Shown in pieces: positions 31,334 to 40,106 of a DNA stretch of 64,000 bases. The stretch is from an uncultured bacterium. GTDB lineage: Bacteria > Verrucomicrobiota > Verrucomicrobiia > Limisphaerales > UBA8199. Within the stretch, counting starts at the first letter, position 1. Each line of letters begins with the position of its first letter. Location: positions 640,001 through 704,000 of the forward strand of contig CAVVMW010000021.1 of the NCBI GenBank assembly GCA_963749495.1. The letters run 5' to 3'. Both the position numbers and the translations under genes were made by a program. Below the pieces are notes generated by a model that saw only the letters and a list, made by a program, of their open reading frames with translations, was not told where the DNA came from and made no database searches.

Positions 31334-31750
31334 ATGAACTGCGAGAACTGTGGAGCTGCCATTCCGGCCGGGGTGGTCCAGTGCACCCGTTGCGGAGCGA
31401 GCCTGGCGCCCAACCCGTCGCCAGCTCAGTTCGCCGCCCCAGCCGGCTCCGGCCCAATTCAGGTCATCGTCAACACAGGCCCGGCAGTGGCCACGGCGGC
31501 TCCGACGGTTGCGCAAGGCCAACCGAAATCGAAACTGGCCGCGGGCCTGCTCGGCATCTTCCTGGGTTGGGTCGGGGCTCACCGGTTCTATCTGGGATAT
31601 ACCGGCATTGGCTTGGTCCAGTTGCTCCTCACTCTCTTGACGTGTTTCTACGGGGCGCTCATCACGGGGCCCTGGGGATTGGTCGAGGGCATTATGATCC
31701 TGACCGGCGGCATCAACAAGGACGCCAACGGGCGGCCGTTGAAGGACTGA
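31334..31750 (+). CDS. Zinc-ribbon plus TM2 domain protein
   Basis: CENC..CTRC; 'KSKLAAGLLGIFLGWVGAHRFYLG'. Confidence 0.9.
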   Translation: MNCENCGAAIPAGVVQCTRCGASLAPNPSPAQFAAPAGSGPIQVIVNTGPAVATAAPTVAQGQPKSKLAAGLLGIFLGWVGAHRFYLGYTGIGLVQLLLTLLTCFYGALITGPWGLVEGIMILTGGINKDANGRPLKD

Positions 31751-31761
31751 GGGCAGTCTCT

Positions 31762-32556
31762 ATGAAATACTCCCGTGCTACGACGTTCGGCAGCCTTGCC
31801 GTGTTGTTCCTGGCTGCGGCTGGAATCACGGCGGCCACCTTCTACAGCCTCATCACGCCGGACTACCGGGGCAAAACCTTCTACCAGGCCCTGGGTGGCT
31901 GCTGGCTGGCCGAGTTGATTTTCGCGGCATGTCTCGCCTTCACCCTCGTTGCGGGTCTTCAGTCCGGGGCGCCCGGTCAGGCCACACGGCGCCGCCTCCT
32001 GACATGGGTCGCAGGTTGGGCGGTCGTTATTATTGCCGGGAGCGCCGTTGCTGTGGCTCCCAGGTACGCCGATTCCTTTTACAGCGACAAGATCCTGATC
32101 TGGCAGTTGATCTTCACCTTCTTCGTGGCGGCGGGAGCCTGCCTGTTGCAGCGACAGGCGGCTGTCGTTGAAGCCACCGCCGCTGAGCCCCAACGCCAGC
32201 GGACGAAGGTCCAATCCTATGCGAGCGGCGTCGAGGTTCTATTGCCCAGAATTCGCAACCTCTCCGCCAAACAGCCCGCCAAAGCGACCCAAGTGGATCA
32301 GCTTTGCCGGCGAGTGGACACCCTGCGGGTCCAGTTGCTCTCCAGCCTGCCGGTCGGCGAGCGGGCGGGGGGCAGGTTGGTGGACCCGCCGGCTCCCGAA
32401 CTGGTCGAGGATCGCTTGCGTCAACTCCACGACCAAGTGGACCTCCTCTGCGGGGCCAACGCCGCCTCGATCAACTTGGAACTGGAAAAGACCCGGCAGG
32501 CGGTGGACGCGGCGGTTGCCGCGCTGCGCCAGCGCCGCGATGCCGGACTGCGCTAA
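31762..32556 (+). CDS. Four-TM membrane protein with C-terminal coiled coil
   Basis: Hydrophobic helices then a helical tail; ATG 11 nt after the TM2 stop. Confidence 0.65.
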   Translation: MKYSRATTFGSLAVLFLAAAGITAATFYSLITPDYRGKTFYQALGGCWLAELIFAACLAFTLVAGLQSGAPGQATRRRLLTWVAGWAVVIIAGSAVAVAPRYADSFYSDKILIWQLIFTFFVAAGACLLQRQAAVVEATAAEPQRQRTKVQSYASGVEVLLPRIRNLSAKQPAKATQVDQLCRRVDTLRVQLLSSLPVGERAGGRLVDPPAPELVEDRLRQLHDQVDLLCGANAASINLELEKTRQAVDAAVAALRQRRDAGLR

Positions 32557-32575
32557 ACACTCAACCCTGGAACTT

Positions 32576-33571
32576 ATGCCCTGGAAGGTCATTCAATACA
32601 ACGATCCCACGGGGAAGGTGATGGTGGCGCGTGTGCCGCCCGACGGCACCGCGGAACTGGTTTCCGGCAGCCAACTGATCGTGCAGGAAGGCCAGCTTGC
32701 CGTCTTCTTCCACGACGGCAAGCCCACGGACGGCTTCTGGCCGGGACGCTACGACCTCAGCACCGAGAACCTGCCCGTGCTCGGCAAACTGCTGAATCTG
32801 GCTTCGCTCGGCCCAGCCCCATTCCGTTCCTACGTTTGCTTTGTTGCCCTCAAGACCTTCACCAACCTGGGCTGGGGCACCTCCAGCCCGGTTCTGTTCC
32901 GCGACAGCGAATTCAAGATCGTCAACCTCCGCGCCCACGGCGCCTTCGCCATCAGGATCAAGGATCCCGAGGTGTTCCTCAGCACGATCCTGGGCACGCA
33001 GCACGTGGAAACCAGCCGGATGCTCGAGGATTACTTGCGCAAGATCATCGTCTCCCATCTCGCGCGCTTGCTGCCGGACATGCTGACCACCATCCTGGAC
33101 CTGCCGCGCTCGTATCAGGACCTCTCCACCCGGCTCAAGGAGGCGGTTCGAGACGAGTTTGCCCAGTACGGCGTCGAATTGGTGGACCTGTTGGTCGAAG
33201 CGATCACGTTGCCCCCGACCGTGCAGGAGGCCATCAATCGCGCCGCTGGAACCCGGGCCTTGGGCATGGAGGAACTCCAACGCTATGAGCGCGTGATCCG
33301 GTCGGATGCCCTGCTCGAATCATCCAAACAGCCCGGCGGCGCCGCAGCCCAGGCCCTCAGCGCCGGGCTGGGCATGGTCGCCGGCTCTCAGATGATGAAG
33401 GAAATCAGCCCCGCCGCGCCGGTTGGCCCCCCGCCCGCCCCCGCTCCACCCCAAGGGAACATCGATGTCGTTGAAAACAAGCTCCTCAAGTTAAAGCAAC
33501 TCCTCGACAAGGGCCTCATTACCGATGAGGACTTCCGTGAGCAGAAGAGAAGGCTCCTGGAGACGATCTGA
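32576..33571 (+). CDS. SPFH/Band 7 (YdjI-like) protein with C-terminal SHOCT domain
   Basis: 'GSQLIVQEGQLAVFFHDGK...PGRYDLSTENLPVL', 'WGTSSPVLFRD', 'LRAHGAF'; 'LKQLLDKGLITDEDFREQKRRLL'. Confidence 0.9.
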   Translation: MPWKVIQYNDPTGKVMVARVPPDGTAELVSGSQLIVQEGQLAVFFHDGKPTDGFWPGRYDLSTENLPVLGKLLNLASLGPAPFRSYVCFVALKTFTNLGWGTSSPVLFRDSEFKIVNLRAHGAFAIRIKDPEVFLSTILGTQHVETSRMLEDYLRKIIVSHLARLLPDMLTTILDLPRSYQDLSTRLKEAVRDEFAQYGVELVDLLVEAITLPPTVQEAINRAAGTRALGMEELQRYERVIRSDALLESSKQPGGAAAQALSAGLGMVAGSQMMKEISPAAPVGPPPAPAPPQGNIDVVENKLLKLKQLLDKGLITDEDFREQKRRLLETI

Positions 33572-33591
33572 TCCGGGAGGAAAGTCAGCCT

Positions 33592-34011
33592 ATGGAAACT
33601 GACCTCGTTTGCCCAGGTTGTGCCTGCCGGCTCTCGGCCCCGGAAGGGGAGCCCGGAGGCCCGCTGGCCTGCCCCAAGTGCGGTACTTTGATCCCAGCGG
33701 TCCAGCCGCTCACGGACAGGACGGATGCCAGCGACCCCGGCGAGCCTTCACCGCCGAACGCCATTCAGGAACCCGGCGGTGAAGCCGACTTCGGCAGCGA
33801 GGGCCTCTTGCCGGACGCGTTCCCGCCGACCACAGCAAAGTCAAGGGCATGGCTGGCCGTGGTCGACGGCTGGTGCCACATCATGGCCGGCCAGGAAACC
33901 TGGGCCAGCGACAGGATGAAATACATTGACCGCAGCGGCCGTGTGGTTTGGCCCCGCGGACGCGTAGCGGCCAATACGTCCCAAACTCGAGAGAAGCGAG
34001 ATGACTTGTGA
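33592..34011 (+). CDS. Small Zn-ribbon hypothetical protein, possibly a remnant
   Basis: CPGC..CPKC; WG-repeat-like tail 'YIDRSGRVVW'. Confidence 0.45.
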   Translation: METDLVCPGCACRLSAPEGEPGGPLACPKCGTLIPAVQPLTDRTDASDPGEPSPPNAIQEPGGEADFGSEGLLPDAFPPTTAKSRAWLAVVDGWCHIMAGQETWASDRMKYIDRSGRVVWPRGRVAANTSQTREKRDDL

Positions 34012-34211
34012 TCGCGGGAACGCCACCCATGATCAAAATGAGAAACCTGGTCGGCGCATGAATTCCTCACCTGCCACGATGGAAGTGAAAACGCCAGCAG
34101 ACAACCGGCTCCCGCCTTATGTGACTCGAGGCAGCGATGCATTTGCACATCAGCGCTCGAACCAAGCGGCGCCAAGGCCTTTTGGCTGACGCCGTGCGAA
34201 ACAGGAGGCTG

Positions 34212-36696
34212 GTGACAGCAAACATACTGTCAACGCTAATAGTTCTTGCATTGTTTTGCCAGATGGAGCCGACGGGTGCACAACTGCCCTCCGCAAGCCA
34301 ACCCGCCCAGATCACGCAACTGGCCAGGACGGGAGAGCTTGTGTTTCATTGGATGAACCTCCAGGGTTTCTCGCCTCAGTCGCAGGCACCGGAGACATAC
34401 GAGGTTTATCTGTTCTTTCCACCCCCTTTTGATGTTGGTGCGGCGGAGAGCCAATGGTACGCGGCCGGCGGGGGGTTCTGCATTGCGGCCTCTGGCGCCG
34501 CTGTGCTCGCTCCCGACGGCCAGGTCGTTTCAGATCCGCTCCTCATTGGCCAAGTGCTCGAGCGCGCTTTGAACACCTGCGATCTGAAACTCGCCCAGCC
34601 CCTTAATCTCAGGCTCGATCCCCAAGAGATAAGCAGGGTGTTTGGCGACCGAGATAGTAACTTGATGATCCTCTACGAGAGGTTTGTTGACGTCATCACT
34701 CATCCAACAGAGTCTGAGACTGACAGGGCATTTCATAGTGCGTTTATGACCATCTTGCCTCCGCTTGCCCAGAATGCGGTTAAGTCGGCAAGCATCTTGA
34801 CCTCGTTGCCCCTGGCAGCCGAGAAGGCAATTTCCTCCAGGGAGGTTGACGTCCTCAACCAGACAATCGGCTTGGAGGTACAGGAACAGGGCATTCTGGG
34901 ATTATGTCGAAGGAAACTGGGACAAGTCGATTTCGGTGGCCGATGTGCAGTTTTGGCAGCAGCAGTCGCTGTTGGGGAAATTGAAGTCGGTCGGCGACAA
35001 GCTGGAATATGTCCCCGTTGCGGCCGCGGTAATCCGCTTGGCCTGCCAGAGCCAATCACTCGCGATCGAGAGTCCGGGATTGACAGGTGCGGCCGAACTC
35101 ATTGGCGCTGAAAACCCTGTGGCTGGCGTGCAACTGAAGCGCGCTGTTTCGAGTTCCACGGACATGTTGGGCAGCCTATTCCGTGAATTCGGGCAGGCCG
35201 GAGGAGAAATCGCGTGGAGCAAGGCGGAGAATTGGTCACAGCAGATGATATTCGAGCGGGTAACTCAAGCTGCCGCTCGCGGCGGGATCAGCCCGGGAAT
35301 CGCTGGCAGAGCCTTGACTACCTCCCTGATAGGATTTGAGGTGGCCCGGTATTTCTTCAACACTGCCGGTTTCCGGGAAGCACTAATGGCTGCCTCAGCA
35401 CTGGCGGATATCGAGAAGTGCTGTCGCACGGCCTACCAATCACGCCTGGATTGGGCTCGATCTATCAGCCGTCTATCGCCACCAGATGCCGCCGCAGTCG
35501 ACGCCATGGTATGGTTGCACCGCCTGCAGGCTCAGTCGGCCGCCGAGTTCCACCACGCGCTCGCCGAGGTTTTGGGGGACCAGAGCAACCTCCTAAACGT
35601 GTTGCACGAGCTGAAATTCACCGATGGGCAAATTGTTTACTCTGACGAGTATCAGCGGTACGTCAAGCGCCTTGGTGACTTTGCCCGTGCAGATGCTGCT
35701 GACGCTGCCCACTGCTGCCCAAGTGACGAGGAGCAGGACAAACTCTTCGTGCACCTTATGCGGGTTTACCGCCTTGATACCTCTCATAAGCCAGCAAATC
35801 AAGGCCAACTCAACGTCGTCTTCTGCATTGATACGACTGGCTCGATGGCCGACAACATTGCCGAGGTGAAGAAGAACTCCGTGGCGACGATCAACGCCAT
35901 CAGCGATTACTGCCAGCAGCAGAATATCAGCTTTCAAGTCGGCCTCGTCACCTTTCAGGATCACACTGACGCGGCGCAGTTCGCGGGCAAACCCGAGGCC
36001 GCTTGGCTGCGCGCCTGGCCTCTGACCCCAAACACCTCAACCGTGGTCAACAACATCCAGGCGATAACGATCAAGAACCTTGCCGTTGGCGGAGACTACC
36101 CGGAGGACCTCTACGCCGCGCTCATGTGCGCGATGAATGCCCGCGCCGATTGGCAGAACCAACCGGTGAGCATGGGCTGGCGAAAGGGGGCGGCCAAATT
36201 CCTTTTCCCCATTTCGGACGCCCCGCCCCACGAACCGGATTTCGAGGGGCGAACTCTACAGCAGGTAAGCGACCGCGCGGCCGCGCTTGACCCGGTGCAT
36301 TGCTATCCCCTGCTTCTGCCGAGACGCGGGCCGGAGTTCCTGGACCCGGCGGTAAGGGCCATGAAAAGGATTGCCGACGCCACGGGCGGGGAGGTGGTTC
36401 GCGTGCCAAGTGCCGAGAAACTCCCCCAGGCGATGGTCAATACGCTGAAACTCGCTGTGCGCCGCCATAAGGATGAGGTCTGGCGCAAGACGAATCCACC
36501 GCATCTTCTTTACAGTGCCGGTGTCGCCATGGCGCTTGTCTTCTTGGCGGGTATCCTTGCCGCGGCAGTCGCGTATCGCCGGCGCCTCTCGGCGCTGCAG
36601 GCGGCAACCTCAGCGGCCAGGAGCCAAATGGATCCGCGTTTAAGCGGGGAATCAGCGTTCAGTGCGAAGCGTCCTCCCCCGGACGCTCCGAAATGA
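34212..36696 (+). CDS. Exported, C-terminally membrane-anchored vWA domain protein; frameshift near 34850
   Basis: AGGAGG then GTG start, signal peptide; MIDAS 'VVFCIDTTGSM', 'GGDYPED', 'WRKGAAKFL..ISDAPPH', 'ATGG'; C-terminal TM. Confidence 0.75.
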
Positions 36697-36741
36697 CACA
36701 CACACCGTTGGTTCAGGCCTCACCCAATCCACCTCCATGAT

Positions 36742-37431
36742 ATGATCGAGTTCATCTGCCCCACTTGCCAGGTTCTCCAGGCCGTCGAAGACGCAACGGC
36801 TGGACAGGTGGTAAAATGTGACAATTGCGGCACGGAATTATTGGTTCCGCGGAACGCAGGTTCCCAGGTTGCCATGGCGGCGCCGCTGTCCTCGGGCGAG
36901 ACGGTCGAGGTGACCTGCCCGGTTTGTCAGGTAACGCAGTACGTACCTAAAGACACCGCGGGCCAACCGGTCTCATGCTGTAATTGCGACTCGCCTCTCC
37001 CCCTGCCGCAGGCAGCGACACCGGCTCGCCCCGCCCGCCTTCCCAACCTTCCGCCTCTGCCCAATCTCCCAGCGGTGCCCGCAGCCGCCGTGGCCCTCTC
37101 CCAACCCGCCCCTACGCAGATCGTCGTGAATGTGGCCGCCCCGGCTGCGCCATCCGGCCTCATTCAAAAGCAAGTCAGCGGGGTGGTGGTGGGCCTGCTT
37201 TGGTGGTTTTTGTGCGGGGCCCAGTACATTTACATGGGACAGGTCGGCAAGGGCCTTTTGGCCATGGCCGTCTTTTTTACTTTGTGGTCGATAATGATTT
37301 TTACGTGCTTCATTACAGCCCCGCTCATATTGCTGTTATTGATTCCTCTCCAGTTTCTGTGCCTGATCGACACTATCCTGGTTTTCAACCGGCTGAAAAA
37401 GGGCCCCATCTCCGCGTGGAGGTGCTTCTAG
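36742..37431 (+). CDS. Double zinc-finger plus TM2-like membrane protein
   Basis: Four CxxC motifs, Pro-rich linker, 'GAQYIYMGQVGKGLL'. Confidence 0.75.
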   Translation: MIEFICPTCQVLQAVEDATAGQVVKCDNCGTELLVPRNAGSQVAMAAPLSSGETVEVTCPVCQVTQYVPKDTAGQPVSCCNCDSPLPLPQAATPARPARLPNLPPLPNLPAVPAAAVALSQPAPTQIVVNVAAPAAPSGLIQKQVSGVVVGLLWWFLCGAQYIYMGQVGKGLLAMAVFFTLWSIMIFTCFITAPLILLLLIPLQFLCLIDTILVFNRLKKGPISAWRCF

Positions 37432-37441
37432 GGAGGGTCGG

Positions 37442-37906
37442 GTGCGCCCCTGGAGCCAGCTTCAAGTGCTCGGCGCGAGTCTGTTCCCGGTGCCGTCGCG
37501 CCTGAACCGTCAGGTCCATGGCCTGGCGGCGCTGGCGATGCTGGCGGTCTTGGGCGGAGCGGCATGCTTGACGCCCGACCCTTGCGGCAAGGGAACGCAT
37601 CGCCAGTTGGGATTGCCGCCGTGCCTGGTGTGTCGCGTGACCGGCAAGGAGCGTTGTCCCTCCTGCGGGCTGACCACCGCCTTTGCGCACGCGGTGCGCG
37701 GACATTTTGGCGCCGCCGGACGCTGCAATCCGGCCGGAATGCCACTTTTCGCCCTGTGCCTGGCCTTGCTGCTCTATAGCGCCGCGATCGCTGTGACCGG
37801 CAAGAACTGGGTTGGGGCCGAGCTGCTGGTCGTGATGGCGCTGGAACTTGCAGCGCTGGGCTTGTGGGTGCACGCCTTCTTGAATCCGAACCTGAACTTA
37901 ATATGA
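37442..37906 (+). CDS. DUF2752 domain membrane protein
   Basis: 'HRQLGLPPC...TGKERCPSCGLTTAF...NPAG'. Confidence 0.8.
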   Translation: MRPWSQLQVLGASLFPVPSRLNRQVHGLAALAMLAVLGGAACLTPDPCGKGTHRQLGLPPCLVCRVTGKERCPSCGLTTAFAHAVRGHFGAAGRCNPAGMPLFALCLALLLYSAAIAVTGKNWVGAELLVVMALELAALGLWVHAFLNPNLNLI

Positions 37907-38730
37907 AACAGTATTACTATGTCGATCAAGCCCGCCAGCCACAGGGGCCGTGCACCGTGGAAGCGTTGAGGGCACTGGAACAGGCCGGCGCCATCACCGC
38001 AGCGACCATGATAGCGTCCGAAGGCGATGCGACCTGGAAACCCTGGGCGGAACTCAAAGCGGCCGCGGACGGAGCAAGAGCCGTCCCCTCATCGGCCGGT
38101 TCAGTGAGCCCCAGAGAAAGCCCTTCGCCAGTCATGGGCGGCTCGTCGGTCGAGGTCGGGGAGGTAGCCAGGGAGGCGATTGATTCTTTGAAAAGGATCG
38201 GGGCGCATCCGGGGGACGGCCTGGCCGCGGTCTGCCAGTCGCTCGACAACATGAAGGCATTGGGCATCGGCGCCGCTTTGGCCGCAGTGAACCTTTTTTG
38301 CCTCTTGGGCTCCGTCCTGATTGAGACGAATTTCTCCATTCAGATTGCACTCACTTTTAAGCATTTTGCGCTTGGGCTTCTGCCAGTTGCGATCCTGACC
38401 GGGCTTTTGGCATTGGCCCGGACCATTTCTCGTGGCGCGGGACAACTCGGAACCGACTGCCTGATCGCCGGCATCGCTCTGTTGCCGCTGAGTCTGGCCG
38501 TCCTGCTCCAAGCGATTCTCGGCCGCACGGTGCAAGAGATTGCCCTCGCCGTGAATCTGTGCGCCCTCTGTCTGACCATCCTCCTCCTCTACACTGGCAG
38601 CCAGAGAGTCGCCAGGCTATCGGAGCGCGCAGCGATGCTCGCAGTGCCGGCTATGCTCTGTGTGCTGTGCTTCCTGCTGAAGGGGTTGCTTGGATTCCAG
38701 GGGGCACACCTCATGCCCTCGCTCCCGTAA
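37903..38730 (+). CDS. GYF_2 (DUF4339) domain multi-pass membrane protein
   Basis: 'YYYVDQARQPQGPCTVEALRAL...ITAATMI...WKPW' then ~5 TM helices. Confidence 0.75.
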   Translation: MKQYYYVDQARQPQGPCTVEALRALEQAGAITAATMIASEGDATWKPWAELKAAADGARAVPSSAGSVSPRESPSPVMGGSSVEVGEVAREAIDSLKRIGAHPGDGLAAVCQSLDNMKALGIGAALAAVNLFCLLGSVLIETNFSIQIALTFKHFALGLLPVAILTGLLALARTISRGAGQLGTDCLIAGIALLPLSLAVLLQAILGRTVQEIALAVNLCALCLTILLLYTGSQRVARLSERAAMLAVPAMLCVLCFLLKGLLGFQGAHLMPSLP

Positions 38731-39361
38731 TGCCCTTGGATTTCGACGCCCCGCCCGAGGGACAAACGGGACTGGTGCTTGCAAGATCCACCAAGTGGTA
38801 ATGGAAGGCGAGGAGTGGGAGGTGCATGCTCCAGAGGATTGCCAGCCAGAATGGGCCACCAGAGGCCCCGTCCAGACGTATTCGCTTTAACCCTGGCACA
38901 CTCACGCCGGTCTTGGAATCCAGCTCCAGAATAAATCAAATCTACACCCGCGGATCCACCGGCTCGCTTTCCAGCGCCAGCACGTCAAATCCAGTGAGGT
39001 GGGCTTTCCTCTTGGACATTCCTCGGCGCGATGCGCCAGTACCGCGTGACGTCCGCATCCCGCACGAGGGCCCGGCAGTGCTTGATGATTAACGGCAGTC
39101 AAACCAAGATGCGCTGTGTCGGTGCGGCGGACACGGCGCAAGCAAGGAATTCCCTAGCGGCGCCAAGGAACCTCTTAGTCGCGGCCAGACCTTGCGGGAC
39201 GTAACAGTACCCCGTGCATATTTTTCACGGACTAACGACACTTCCCTTGTGGGCCAGCAATCCGCCGCCGCAGTCGGCAACGTCGGCGTGGGACCCCAGC
39301 GACCCTTCGGCCGGCGTGACAAGTCATTGCATTTGCCACGGCGTGAGAGCGCGGCGAGTCT

Positions 39362-39640
39362 GTGCATGAAGCACGTGTTCCCAGCAGGTCGGGCCGTGTG
39401 GCCGGGAGCATCGTCCTCGCCCTCGCCCTCGCCGCGGTTGCGTCATTTCTTTCTGCATCCGCCCAGGGACAGAGCGTCACGTTGGGCTGGGTTCCCAGCA
39501 CCGATACGGATGTGGTCGGCTACAATGTGTATTACGGCGGGGCTACCCGGACTTATACGAACACGGCTGCGGTCGGCTGCGTAACCAACGCTACCATCTC
39601 GGGCCTGCTTCGTGGGGCCGATTACTTTTTCGCCGCCGTC
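39362..39640 (+). pseudogene. 5' fragment of a secreted fibronectin type III protein
   Basis: Signal peptide, 'SVTLGWVPSTDTDVVGYNVYYG...TISGL...YFFAAVA', then runs into the antisense of an NHL gene. Confidence 0.7.
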
Positions 39641-40096
39641 GCCGGAATAGCCTGCCATCCCGGTGCCCGCCACGGTCGTGATAATCCCGTTGGCTCCCAC
39701 CTTGCGGATGCGCTGATTGAGGAAATCCGGAATGAACAGGCTGCCGGTTGCACCCACAGCCACGCCAAGCGGATAGAACAATTCAGCCTCCGTGGCCGCG
39801 GCGCCGTCGCCGGAGTAGCCCGCTGTTCCGTTGCCCGCCACCGTGGAGATGACGCCGTATGGAAGGTTCGCGCCGTTGAATTGCCACCGATACGTCAAAG
39901 GACCGGGGCCGGAGGCTGCCACCGAAAAGGTGGCGGTGTTGCCGCCCAGCACGACCTGGTTGGTCGGCTGCGCCAGGATTTCAGGGACTTGGGCTTGAGC
40001 CACGGAGAAGTCCGCGGCCAGGACCCAGAGCCAGGCGCAAAGCAGAGCATCACGCGGCGAGTGGGGCACAGTTTGGAGCGAAAAATTGACTTTCAC
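39625..40096 (-). pseudogene. 5' fragment of a secreted Ig + NHL repeat protein
   Basis: Signal peptide, Ig 'ILAQPTNQ...YRWQFNG', NHL 'TVAGNGTAGYSGDG'; cut off after the second GYSGDG. Confidence 0.7.
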
Positions 40097-40106
40097 AAGC
40101 TTGGGG

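Noticed and set aside
38730..39360. Riboswitch or small gene in this gap
   Set aside because: No recognisable aptamer consensus and only short unconvincing ORFs
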